From the NCBI GenBank assembly GCA_963795805.1, contig CAWCIV010000001.1, forward strand, positions 647,896 to 711,895: a stretch of 64,000 nucleotides of DNA, read 5' to 3'. This document shows positions 1-8,423 of this stretch, piece by piece. Source of the stretch: an uncultured Chloroflexia bacterium (GTDB lineage: Bacteria; Chloroflexota; Dormibacteria; CF-121). The number at the start of each line of letters is the position of its first letter. Position 1 is the first letter of the stretch. The notes under the pieces were generated by a model, which saw only the letters and a program-made list of their open reading frames with translations, made no database searches and was not told the DNA's origin. A program made the translations under genes and the position numbers.

Positions 1-147
1 GTGACTGTTCGTGATGGCGTACCCGTCGGGCGTGATGAGCAGGCCGGTCCCGACGCCACTGACCCCGATCACCGCCGGCCCGACGGTGTCGACGACGGAA
101 ATGACCGCCTGCGAGTAGGCGTCGAGCAGCTGGGAATCGGAGATCAT
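1..147 (-). CDS. HtrA/DegP-family (S1C) serine protease, first 49 codons only (gene runs off the window edge)
   Basis: Reverse complement of 1-147 reads MISDSQLLDAYSQAVISVVDTVGPAVIGVSGVGTGLLITPDGYAITNSH from an ATG at comp. 145-147. The G-x-G-x-(L/I)-I-x-x-DG-Y-x-(I/L)-TN-x-H segment is the conserved lead-in to the catalytic His of trypsin-like HtrA proteases. It is too short to appear in the ORF track. Confidence 0.55.
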   Translation of the reverse strand, partial: MISDSQLLDAYSQAVISVVDTVGPAVIGVSGVGTGLLITPDGYAITNSH

Positions 148-189
148 GGCGCGCTCTTACCCTACGTGGCCGCGCTCAAACAAGCCACT

Positions 190-495
190 ATGATGTTGGC
201 GGGAATGGGAATCGACGAGTCGCTCAAGGGCATCCTCGACTTCAACCGACTGCTGGAAGGGGAGAACCGGAAGACCGATGACCCGGACGACGTCGAGCAC
301 TGGCGGGCGGTCTACGCCGACCTTGTGGGATTCAAACAGAAGATGCTGGGCGAGACTCAGGAGCATATCTCGGCGGTCCCTGAGACGGAGAAAGAACTGG
401 GCAACAACGACCTACCCTTCCTCGAGGCGGAGATGGGACGCCTCCAGCGTGGCCTGCAGTTCTGGGAAAACCGACGCAAGGAAATCGGCCGCTGA
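190..495 (+). CDS. hypothetical small helical protein (101 aa)
   Basis: This is the in-frame ATG at 190 of ORF 1..495. Sequence upstream of 190 is better explained by the opposite-strand protease start. GC3 is high and I recognise no family. Confidence 0.45.
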   Translation: MMLAGMGIDESLKGILDFNRLLEGENRKTDDPDDVEHWRAVYADLVGFKQKMLGETQEHISAVPETEKELGNNDLPFLEAEMGRLQRGLQFWENRRKEIGR

Positions 496-622
496 CGTCT
501 GATCGGCCCATTTTGAGATAGGCCATTCGGCGGCCTGCGCGGTCCAGATGGACCCGCGCCGAGCCAGGGCGCGAATAGCAACGAACGCCGAAAGGTGGCC
601 GCGACATGATCGGCTGGAGCCC

Positions 623-2317
623 ATGCGGTTGCCGATTCGCTACAAGATCATCCTGCCCTTTGTCGTGCTCCTGGTCTTTGTCGGCGTGGTCGGGACCGGC
701 GTGGCCACGGGACGGCTCACCAACGCCGCAAACGCGGAATTCAACGCCCGGTTGCTCGGGAGCAGCCTCGTCGCGAACCAGACGCTCGGCCAGCTCGAGG
801 CGGATCGCGTGGCGCAGCTTCGGGCCGCCTCAAATACGGTTGGGGTGCCGGAGGCCGTCGCCGCCAAAGACAAGGTGGCGCTGGCCCGTCTGCTGACCCC
901 GATCGCCGCCAACGCCCAGCCGGCCGACCTCACCATCCAGGTGCTCGATCGAGCCGGCGTCAACATGATCACCATCCTCGGAAGCTCGACGGGGACCGCC
1001 CCCGCGTATTCGCCCGACCCAACGGACTTCACCAAGGCGCCAGGCGTGGCCAGCGCGCTGGGCGGCCGGAGCGATGCCTTCGGGGACCGGTATCTCTTCC
1101 TTTTGGGGAACGGAGCTGACCCCATCCTGTACTGGGTCGGCCCGGTCCGCGTCAACGCGGAGGTTGTCGGCGCCGTCCTGGTCGGCCAGCGACTGACGGA
1201 CATCGTGCAGGCCGTCCCGGGCACCGCCTTCTACGCCGTCGATCGGCGCCTGCTGACGAGCTCCCTGTCCAGCCCGGCCCCCCTCGAGGCGGGCACCGCA
1301 CAACTGCTTACCGTCCAGAACACCGCGTCATTCGATAGCAGCGAGGCTGGACACAGCTACCGATCCCTGTTCAGCGTCTGGATCATGCGCGGCACGGTCC
1401 TTGGCTACCTCGCGGTTCAGGCCAACGCGGATCCGCTCACCAGCTCGGTCCTCCAGGTTCGCCTGATCCTGACGCTCGTCTTCACCGCGGCCGCGCTCCT
1501 CACCCTGCTGGTCGGCGGGGTCACGGCCTCGCTGCTGACGCGGCCCGTGGACCATCTCGTCCGCTCGATGCAGATGATCTCGGCGGGAAACCTGCATCAT
1601 CGCGCCTCGGTGAAATCTCACGATGAGATCGGCTTTCTTGCCCAGACGTTCAATGAAATGGCGAGCAGCCTCGAGGAGAAGACCGCCGCCCTCGAAGAGA
1701 CCTACTTCGCCAGCATGGAGGCCCTGGCCCGTGCAATAGACGCGCGGGATCCGTCAACCTACGGCCACTCCTCGCGGGTGGCGGCCATCAGCGTGGAAAT
1801 CGCGGAAGAGATGGGCTTTTCGGTAAACGACCGCGAGGCGCTGCGCCGCGGCGCGCTGCTGCACGACATCGGGAAGATCGGGATCGAGGACCGCGTGCTG
1901 CGCAAGCCCGGACCGCTGAGCTCCGAAGAGTTCCACGACATGCAAGAGCATCCGCGGATCGGCCACGAGATGCTCAAGGGTCTCCGGTTCCTGGCGCCGA
2001 GCCTCCCCGGCGTCCTGCATCACCACGAGCGGTGGGACGGTGGCGGATACCCCTATGGGCTATCCCGAGACCAGATCCCGCCGGCGGTCCGCATCCTTAC
2101 GGTTGCCGACGTCTTCGACGCGATGACGTCGGACCGGCCATATCGCAAGGACATGGGCGTTCATGCCGCCGTCGAGGCCATTCGGCATGACGCGGGTATC
2201 CGCTTCGACCCGGAAGTCGTAACCGCGTTCCTGCGCCGGAAGGATGCGATCGTCGCGATGCTCCAGAAGATGGGGAAGGTCACCAGCGAGGCCACCGCTG
2301 TCTCGGAGGCTGCCTGA
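623..2317 (+). CDS. membrane sensor with HAMP and HD-GYP domains (c-di-GMP phosphodiesterase family)
   Basis: Start taken at MRLPIRYKIILPF (ATG 623). Two TM segments flank a ~250-aa extracytoplasmic region. A HAMP domain (RPVDHLVRSMQMISAGNL...DEIGFLAQTFNEM) follows. HD-GYP motifs are HDIGKIGI and HHHERWDGGGYPYGL. Confidence 0.85.
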   Translation: MRLPIRYKIILPFVVLLVFVGVVGTGVATGRLTNAANAEFNARLLGSSLVANQTLGQLEADRVAQLRAASNTVGVPEAVAAKDKVALARLLTPIAANAQPADLTIQVLDRAGVNMITILGSSTGTAPAYSPDPTDFTKAPGVASALGGRSDAFGDRYLFLLGNGADPILYWVGPVRVNAEVVGAVLVGQRLTDIVQAVPGTAFYAVDRRLLTSSLSSPAPLEAGTAQLLTVQNTASFDSSEAGHSYRSLFSVWIMRGTVLGYLAVQANADPLTSSVLQVRLILTLVFTAAALLTLLVGGVTASLLTRPVDHLVRSMQMISAGNLHHRASVKSHDEIGFLAQTFNEMASSLEEKTAALEETYFASMEALARAIDARDPSTYGHSSRVAAISVEIAEEMGFSVNDREALRRGALLHDIGKIGIEDRVLRKPGPLSSEEFHDMQEHPRIGHEMLKGLRFLAPSLPGVLHHHERWDGGGYPYGLSRDQIPPAVRILTVADVFDAMTSDRPYRKDMGVHAAVEAIRHDAGIRFDPEVVTAFLRRKDAIVAMLQKMGKVTSEATAVSEAA

Positions 2318-2832
2318 TGCCGAGGACGCCGTCTCGGCGCCGACGGCTTCGCCTGCTCCTCATTCCGATTTTCGCGGGAATCTTCTGGGTGACGGCGGTG
2401 ATCGCGTCGGCGGTTCCCGGATTGCTCGTCCTGGGGGTCAACGTGCATGGGCTCGGGGTTGCGAGCTACGCTGGCGACCCCGGGTTGGCGCTCGCCCCGC
2501 TCTCGGAGCAGATCATCAACGAGGTCAACCAGGGGCGCAGGCGTGCTCCGGCCATTACGCCGACGCCGACCAGAACCGGCGCGCCGGCCGCGACGCCCGG
2601 GCCGACCGCTACGCCAGGGCTGACGCCCACGCCAAAGGCAACCGTGTTGCCGACGCCGCTGGCAACACCGAAGCCCACAGTGTTGCCGACGGCGCTGCCG
2701 ACGCCGACGGCGTTGCCCACGCCAAAGCCCGTCCCATCGCCGACCGGGCTGCCACTGCCGCTACCCCCGCTGCCAATCCCGCTGCCCAGCCTGCCGGTGC
2801 TGCCGCTGCCTACGCTGCCAGTCTTTCCCTGA
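2317..2832 (+). CDS. membrane-anchored Pro/Thr-rich low-complexity protein
   Basis: The ATG overlaps the upstream TGA (ATGA coupling). An Arg-rich N-terminus is followed by one TM (LLLIPIFAGIFWVTAVIASAVPGLLVLGV). The rest is TPTP/LPTP repeats with high GC3 in this frame. Confidence 0.55.
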   Translation: MPRTPSRRRRLRLLLIPIFAGIFWVTAVIASAVPGLLVLGVNVHGLGVASYAGDPGLALAPLSEQIINEVNQGRRRAPAITPTPTRTGAPAATPGPTATPGLTPTPKATVLPTPLATPKPTVLPTALPTPTALPTPKPVPSPTGLPLPLPPLPIPLPSLPVLPLPTLPVFP

Positions 2833-2855
2833 TCGGCCGCGGCGTTAGCGGCCGA
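2833..2855. terminator. hairpin between convergent genes (possible bidirectional terminator)
   Basis: tcggccgc-ggcgtta-gcggccga forms a perfect 8-bp GC stem. It starts right after the plus-strand stop (2830-2832) and overlaps the minus-strand stop (2845-2847). There is no clear U-tract. Confidence 0.4.
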
Positions 2856-4599
2856 CCACGTGGAGGCGCCAGCCGGTGAGGTCGTCGGGCTCCGGGTGCT
2901 GGTGGACCTCATTCTGGGGCGCCTCGCTGAGCAACTGCTCGATCTCGCGCTGGCTCTTGATGAAGGCGGTCACCACCTCCGGGTCGAAGTGTGTCCCTGA
3001 ACCCTTCAGGATCTCGCCCTTGGCGTACTCGAAGGTGCGAGCCGCCCGGTACGGGCGGTCGGACGTCATCGCATCCAGGGCATCGGCGACGGCAAGGATG
3101 CGCGCGCCGAGCGGGATCTCGTCCGCGCGGACCTGGTCGGGATAGCCGTGACCATCCCAGCGCTCGTGGTGATGGCGGATCAGAGGAAGCACCGAGTCGA
3201 GGAAGTCGATGCCCTTCAGCATGTCGACGCCGATCACGGGGTGCCGCTGCATGCGCATCTCTTCCTCCGGCTCGAGGCGGGCTTGCTTGCGCAGGATATG
3301 GTCCTCGATGCCGATCTTGCCGATGTCGTGGAGTACGCTGGCCCGCTTGATCGCGGCGATTTCGTTCTCCTGGCAGCCCAGCGCCTGGGCGAGGATAACG
3401 GCGTAGTCGCCGACCCGCTGCGTGTGGCCGTGGGTATACGGATCGCGCGCTTCGACGGCGGCCGCCAGGGCCTCGATCGTCATCAGGTAGGTGTCCTGCA
3501 GGCGCGTCAGCGTGGACTTGAGGCTGGCACTCTTCTCGCGCAGGCTCCGCGTCATCTGGTTGAAGGATTCGGTCAGCTCGCCGATCTCGTCGTGCGAGGT
3601 GATCGGAGCCTGGTGGTCGAGATCGCCGGCGCTCACCAGCCGCGTCGCTTCAACCAGCCGCTGGACCGGTTTCGTGATTCGCCGGGCGAGCATGATGCCG
3701 ATCAGCAGCGTGAGGAGCACGCCGGCGAGGAAAAGCACGGCCATGATCAGGCGCAGCTGCCACGTGTCCTGGAGCAGGCCAGCGCTGGACGCCGTCGTGC
3801 CGACGTAGCCGAGGGCGACCCCGCGGGTCGTCCAGGGTGAGAGGAGCTCGACGCCCGGGCCGCCGGTGGTACGCGTCATCTCGACCACGCTCGTGGGCGT
3901 CACCTGGGTTCGCGTCGGCTGGTCGAGCGCCAACGCGGGCCACTGGTCCGCTGAGACCGGCAGCGATGTGCTGAGCACCTGACCGTGGCTGTCATAGAAG
4001 GTGATGTCGTCGTGAATCGCGCCCTTGATCATCGACGCCCCGTCGTCCAGATAGTCGCCCACCAGGATGGCGCCCAGCAGGCTGCCGGTGGAACTCCGAA
4101 CCGGCTCGGCGGTGAAGATCGCGGGACGCGGCGCCGAGATGATGACGTCCATCTGGAGCGCGCCTCCCGTCAGGAGGAAGCTGAGGCCCGGCCAGCCGCT
4201 CAGGTCGTTGTTCTGGGTCACGGTGTCGGCGGTGGCCCCGTGGCCGACGACGCCGACGATCTCGCGACCGTTGGCGTCCACGGTCTCCACGACTGTGTTC
4301 GGATGCAGGATCAGGGCCTTCTCGAGCGCCACCTGGAGGGCAGGGGCTTTTGCCCAGGTCTGGCTGAGGCCGTTGCCATTGGTCAGGAGCCGGAGCACGG
4401 AGTGGCGCTGCGCGTCGGATGCCTGGACCATCGATTGGGCGGTAAAGCCGTCGTGGATCAGCTGGTTGTCGAACGACTGCTGGCCGCGGGCGCTGAGCTC
4501 TCCGGAGGCTGCGATGGTGCCGATCGCCCCGATCGCAAGCGTCAGGAGGGCGAAGGGGAGGACGATCTTGAGGGCCAGGCGGCTTCGAAAGCGAGGCAT
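2845..4599 (-). CDS. membrane sensor with HAMP and HD-GYP domains (paralog of 623..2317)
   Basis: It has the same architecture: TM, ectodomain, TM, HAMP (ITKPVQRLVEATRLVSAGDL...DEIGELTESFNQM), then HD-GYP (HDIGKIGI, HHHERWDGHGYPDQ). Confidence 0.85.
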   Translation of the reverse strand: MPRFRSRLALKIVLPFALLTLAIGAIGTIAASGELSARGQQSFDNQLIHDGFTAQSMVQASDAQRHSVLRLLTNGNGLSQTWAKAPALQVALEKALILHPNTVVETVDANGREIVGVVGHGATADTVTQNNDLSGWPGLSFLLTGGALQMDVIISAPRPAIFTAEPVRSSTGSLLGAILVGDYLDDGASMIKGAIHDDITFYDSHGQVLSTSLPVSADQWPALALDQPTRTQVTPTSVVEMTRTTGGPGVELLSPWTTRGVALGYVGTTASSAGLLQDTWQLRLIMAVLFLAGVLLTLLIGIMLARRITKPVQRLVEATRLVSAGDLDHQAPITSHDEIGELTESFNQMTRSLREKSASLKSTLTRLQDTYLMTIEALAAAVEARDPYTHGHTQRVGDYAVILAQALGCQENEIAAIKRASVLHDIGKIGIEDHILRKQARLEPEEEMRMQRHPVIGVDMLKGIDFLDSVLPLIRHHHERWDGHGYPDQVRADEIPLGARILAVADALDAMTSDRPYRAARTFEYAKGEILKGSGTHFDPEVVTAFIKSQREIEQLLSEAPQNEVHQHPEPDDLTGWRLHVVGR

Positions 4600-4653
4600 G
4601 GTGACGCGGGTGTAACGTCCAAACCCCGTGGGAGCTTGTGACCGCGTGTGGTC

Positions 4654-4938
4654 TTACTCCTGGAAGAAGTTCTCCGGGCTGATGTCGAGGAGCGGGACGT
4701 AATCGGGCAGATCCTCGGCGAACCGAACGCCGGAGACGGGGAAGATGTAGTCGAGCGGGACCTTCTGGCCGAGGGCCTGCGCCCGATCGAGGAAGGTGGT
4801 GGCCAGCAGCATGCTGCGGAAGACCGGCGTCAGGCGGTCACCCCCGGCTCGGGTCCGGTGGAGGAGGGTGACCCGATCGGGGTCACGTCCCGTCTCGGGC
4901 AGGAGCACGATGACAAAGATGCGTTCGGGCAGGCTCAC
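4654..4938 (-). CDS. hypothetical protein (94 aa from GTG)
   Basis: The ORF 4654..5037 is trimmed to the GTG at comp. 4936-4938 so it does not overlap the divergent gene at 5000. No family is recognised. Confidence 0.4.
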   Translation of the reverse strand: MSLPERIFVIVLLPETGRDPDRVTLLHRTRAGGDRLTPVFRSMLLATTFLDRAQALGQKVPLDYIFPVSGVRFAEDLPDYVPLLDISPENFFQE

Positions 4939-4999
4939 GGGGCCAGAATACCGGCTGCTTTGACGCAAGCTTCGCCGCCGACCGCCACTCCTAGAGAAT

Positions 5000-5836
5000 G
5001 TGGGCATGACGCCGGCCGAGGCGCGCGACGCCTTCACGCGCCTGCTCCAGGTCCCGGAGGCCGAGCTGGACCTGGCCGAGGGGGCATTACTGATCGCGGC
5101 CGAGGAGTACCCGGATCTGCGGCCCGGCGTCTACCTGAACCAGATCGCGCGGATGGCGACCGACCTCAAGCGGCGGGTCCGGACCGAGGTCGAGCCGCAG
5201 CGGGTTGTCGAGATCGCCAATGACTATTTCTTCGAGGAGCTGCACTACAAAGGCAACCGCGAAGAGTACTACGACCCACGCAACAGCTATCTCAACGATG
5301 TCATCGAGCGACGGGTCGGCATCCCGATCACGCTGGCGGTGCTCTATGTCGCGGTCGGGGAGCGGGCCGGGCTGCCGGTGCGCGGCGTTGGGATGCCCGG
5401 CCATTTCCTGATCAAGTACACGCCGGCCGCGAAGGGCGTCGAGATTTTCATCGATGCCTTCAATGCTCGGACCATGACCCGCGCCGAATGCGCGAAGATG
5501 CTGCAGGAGATGTATGGGGAGGCGGTCGAGATGCGGCCGGCACTGTTGCAGCCGGCCGCCAAGCGGCAGATCCTGGCGCGCATCCTGAATAACTTGAAGA
5601 GTCTCTACATGTCGCGCAACGACCTGCCGCGCGCACTGGCCGCGAGCGACCGGATCCTGCTGGCCGACCCGCACCTGACGTCGGAATGGCGGGACCACGG
5701 GATGCTCCAGCTGCAACTGCACCGCGATAGCGGGGCGCTCAAGGACTTCACGCGATACCTCGGCATCCGCCCGGAACCAGAGGATGCCGCTCGCGTCAAG
5801 CAATTGCGCGGCGACCTGATCAGCCGGCTCAATTGA
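5000..5836 (+). CDS. SirB1/YchA-like protein (transglutaminase-like fold plus TPR-like C-terminus)
   Basis: NDYFFEELHYKGNREEYYDPRNSYLNDVIERRVGIPITLAVLYVAVGERAGLPVRGVGMPGHFLIKY is the hallmark core of the SirB1/UPF0162 family. The start is GTG 5000 or ATG 5006. Confidence 0.7.
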   Translation: MGMTPAEARDAFTRLLQVPEAELDLAEGALLIAAEEYPDLRPGVYLNQIARMATDLKRRVRTEVEPQRVVEIANDYFFEELHYKGNREEYYDPRNSYLNDVIERRVGIPITLAVLYVAVGERAGLPVRGVGMPGHFLIKYTPAAKGVEIFIDAFNARTMTRAECAKMLQEMYGEAVEMRPALLQPAAKRQILARILNNLKSLYMSRNDLPRALAASDRILLADPHLTSEWRDHGMLQLQLHRDSGALKDFTRYLGIRPEPEDAARVKQLRGDLISRLN

Positions 5837-6309
5837 AGCACCTCGGGCTTTCGCTTCGCGATGGCGTACTGTTCGGCCTGATCGGCGGGGCATTCGGCAT
5901 CGTCATCCTGGCGGGCGCGGTCTACATCGCGCGGGAATATCCCCTGAGCCAGTTTTCGTCGCTGACCGGCACGGTGCTCAGCTTCCTGATCTTTGGCTCG
6001 GCCGGCCGGAAGATCGCGATCGCCACGAGGAGCACAACGGTCGCCTGGCAGACCGGCGCGATCGCCGGCGGCGTCAGCGAGTTGATGCGAACCGCGGCGA
6101 TCTCGCTCATCCTGAGCTTCTCGCCGGCCGGGCAGGCAGCCTTCACCCACCTCAGTGCGGCCGAGCAGCACGCCGCCTACGACCCGGTGACCCAGATCTC
6201 GAACCTGGCGATCTACCTCGGGGCCGGGATCGTCTTCGGTGGCCTGGCCGCCTGGTTGGGCGCCTGGTCGCTGCTGCGCTTCGGGCCACCTGCTTCGCCA
6301 GACGTGTAG
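5833..6309 (+). CDS. hypothetical integral membrane protein
   Basis: The TTG start overlaps the upstream stop. There are about 4 hydrophobic segments and high GC3. Confidence 0.45.
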   Translation: MKHLGLSLRDGVLFGLIGGAFGIVILAGAVYIAREYPLSQFSSLTGTVLSFLIFGSAGRKIAIATRSTTVAWQTGAIAGGVSELMRTAAISLILSFSPAGQAAFTHLSAAEQHAAYDPVTQISNLAIYLGAGIVFGGLAAWLGAWSLLRFGPPASPDV

Positions 6310-6313
6310 GTGG

Positions 6314-7306
6314 TTACGTCACGATTGGGTGGAGTCGCCGGAGAAGCGGAACCAGTGCGAGGAACGCGACGACCAGGATTGGTGGACCTGTCCGGAAACT
6401 CTGCTGCACGTAGTACGGATTGTCCGTCGTGCGCAGCCAGTGTTGGTCGTCGATGGCAATCAACGTCAGGTGGCCTCGCCAGAGCTTTGCGTAGGTGGGC
6501 ATGCCAATCAGGAACTTGTCGCGATCGGCCGGTTTCATCAGGACTGTCGATATGAAGACCGGGCCCGCGGAGGTGAATCGCATCGGGTACTGGTCGCCTG
6601 ACGGATCCGCGATGGCGTTCACAACCAGGGGCTGATACACGTAGCAAAAGTCAGTGGTTGAGGGCACGATGAAGCAGGCGCTGGTCGCCCGTTGATAGGC
6701 ATGGGCGGCGCTATCAGCCCGATAGGCCTCGACCAGTGCGGTACCGCCGACGGCGAGGAAGATCGCGTCAAGAGCGAGGGCGCAGACGGTTGCGATCCGC
6801 AGCGGTCCGCCCGCGCGAGTCGGTCCGCTCGCGCCGGGGACCGGCAGGTCGAGGAAGGTTTCGAGCGTGCGCAGCTGCATGCGGGTCCAGAGGTTCCGTG
6901 AGACCTTGAAGGCGACGTCACCGTTTGTCTTGAAGACGAGATTGAGCGGTCGACCCTCTTCCGTGACCTCCGTGAGCTCCGCAAGCCGGCAGCTCTTGTA
7001 GATGCCCCAGACACTGATGGCCTCGATCTGGTCGTCGCCGACGATGAGCCGAACCCGGCGGAAACGACGCCAGCCCATCAGCAGGAGCCCGACCGCCAGC
7101 ACGCCGAAGATCGAGGCGCTATTCCAGAGCAGGCTCCCGCTCGGCCGGCCAATCGCCAGCGACTCGCCAAGGGCCAGGTACCCGGTAAAGATGATGGCGA
7201 ATCCCAGCACGATGAGGTCACTCCAGTTGAGGAGCGGATCAGGGCGCAGGGTGACTGTCGGCCCTGGAGTCTCCTCGGGCTGCGGTTCGGGCTGAGCGAG
7301 CGCCAT
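6314..7306 (-). CDS. hypothetical membrane protein
   Basis: ORF 6314..7402 is trimmed to MALAQPEPQ (ATG comp. 7304-7306), because the longer N-terminus would run into the SRP RNA promoter region. It has several TM segments and no recognised family. Confidence 0.55.
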   Translation of the reverse strand: MALAQPEPQPEETPGPTVTLRPDPLLNWSDLIVLGFAIIFTGYLALGESLAIGRPSGSLLWNSASIFGVLAVGLLLMGWRRFRRVRLIVGDDQIEAISVWGIYKSCRLAELTEVTEEGRPLNLVFKTNGDVAFKVSRNLWTRMQLRTLETFLDLPVPGASGPTRAGGPLRIATVCALALDAIFLAVGGTALVEAYRADSAAHAYQRATSACFIVPSTTDFCYVYQPLVVNAIADPSGDQYPMRFTSAGPVFISTVLMKPADRDKFLIGMPTYAKLWRGHLTLIAIDDQHWLRTTDNPYYVQQSFRTGPPILVVAFLALVPLLRRLHPIVT

Positions 7307-7357
7307 GCAGCTACAACGGGGGCGGCCGCCCCGCCTTTGGCGGCCAAGTAAGATAGT

Positions 7358-7631
7358 CCGGATCGCGCTAGACGGGGAGTTAGCGGTGCCCTGTACCCGC
7401 AATCCGCTACAGCGGGGTTGAATTCCCCTCTGCGGGGTGCGCTATCCGGAGTCGTGCGTGGTGTGACTGCGTTGATGGCCTGGTCCTGCGCGACCTGGTT
7501 CCGTGAACCCTGTCAGGTCCGGAAGGAAGCAGCAGTAAGCGGGGTGCCGGGGGCGCCGCAGCCAACCGGGCTTGAGTGGTCCACGATGTGCGCCCGGGCA
7601 GCGTTACAACAAAGAGGGGTGCGCGGTCACC
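7358..7631 (+). ncRNA. ffs: signal recognition particle RNA, large (Bacillus-type, with Alu domain)
   Basis: The domain IV core gtcaggtccggaaggaagcagc is present around 7514-7535. The 5' Alu-domain string ggggagttagcggtgccctgtacccgcaatccgctacagcggggttgaattcccc closely parallels my recollection of B. subtilis scRNA (GGGGAGGUAGCGGUGCCCUGUACCUGCAAUCCGCU...). A closing helix pairs gatcgcgc (7361-7368) with gcgcggtc (7621-7628). A TAAGAT -10-like box lies at 7349-7354. The ends are approximate. Confidence 0.8.
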
Positions 7632-7957
7632 TAAGGCTTGTCGCGTACTTCGAGATCGAGTTGGTTGAAGGTGCAGGTATTGAGACGAGTGTGGTCGGGT
7701 GCCGTATGCCACGCGCCGTCACGGACGGAGATGTGATGCATCTCGTCGATCAGGATGCAGCGCCAGTTATCGGGTGAGCCCGGAGGACCAATGCCGCTGG
7801 CGCTCCCGCCCCCAAACTGATAGAAGAGGGCCTGGCGCTCGTGGCGCCTGCTCACACCGATCGCATGAGGACACATCTCGCGCTCAAATCCGCGGTAGGT
7901 GGCGAGCACCTGCTGCCGCTTCTCGATCGCCTCGCGGATCAGGGTGTAGTTGTCCAT
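7631..7957 (-). CDS. small WYL-like/SH3-like fold protein (108 aa), hypothetical
   Basis: ORF 7631..8413 is trimmed to MDNYTLIREAI (ATG comp. 7955-7957). The pattern ATYRGFEREMCPHAIGVSRRHERQALFYQFGGGS...WRCILIDEMHHISV resembles standalone WYL-type modules. This assignment is by eye only. Confidence 0.45.
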   Translation of the reverse strand: MDNYTLIREAIEKRQQVLATYRGFEREMCPHAIGVSRRHERQALFYQFGGGSASGIGPPGSPDNWRCILIDEMHHISVRDGAWHTAPDHTRLNTCTFNQLDLEVRDKP

Positions 7958-7959
7958 CG

Positions 7960-8346
7960 TCAGTGCGCAGGGTTTGGATACTCGAACTGCGATGCGATCC
8001 AATCTCCAGTGTAGTAATCGATCGCGACCCATTCCGAGCTGCTTACGCAGTTTCCGGAGCAAGCGATTTCCCAATGGCCGCTGAATGTGACCAGCCAGGT
8101 CCATTTGTGCACGGGGAGCCCGAATCCGGTATCGAAGTTTTGCCTGACCTCGGTGGAGAGGACGCTGGTCGCGGCCGTACTGACGTGGGTACGGGCGATA
8201 CGAACGGCATTGTCCTGGGACAGCCCGCGCCCAGGACTCTGACTCAGTAGGACAACCACCACGATCGCGGCGATCGCGAGGACCCCGGTCACGGCGCTGA
8301 TGAGGATGAGACGCCGGGAGCGGTCGGCCGCCAGGGATGGCGTCAT
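7960..8346 (-). CDS. membrane-anchored small extracytoplasmic protein (PepSY-like?)
   Basis: It has an N-terminal TM (LILISAVTGVLAIAAIVVVVLL) followed by a ~90-aa domain. Its stop lies 2 nt upstream of the next gene's start, which suggests an operon. Confidence 0.5.
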   Translation of the reverse strand: MTPSLAADRSRRLILISAVTGVLAIAAIVVVVLLSQSPGRGLSQDNAVRIARTHVSTAATSVLSTEVRQNFDTGFGLPVHKWTWLVTFSGHWEIACSGNCVSSSEWVAIDYYTGDWIASQFEYPNPAH

Positions 8347-8423
8347 GGTCTTGGGCGAGTAACGATCCTACGCCGGGCCGTCTTGCCTGTAAACCAAAAG
8401 CACGCCCAGCCACACTAGGGTGT

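Noticed and set aside
1-189. N-terminal 63 codons of the track ORF 1..495 (MTVRDGVPVGRDEQAGPD...)
   Set aside because: This stretch is better explained as the reverse complement of an HtrA-like protease N-terminus (1..147, minus strand). The plus-strand gene most likely starts at ATG 190.
2466-2912. Gly-rich 148-aa minus-strand ORF opposite the Pro/Thr-rich ORF
   Set aside because: It would overlap the 3' end of the HD-GYP gene 2845..4599 and has no start context. The plus-strand ORF is ATGA-coupled to the upstream gene and begins with a convincing TM anchor.
7396-7412. tRNA-like T-arm (ggggttgaattcccc)
   Set aside because: No acceptor, D or anticodon arms can be built around it. The segment is part of the Alu domain of the SRP RNA, in line with the corresponding region of Bacillus scRNA.
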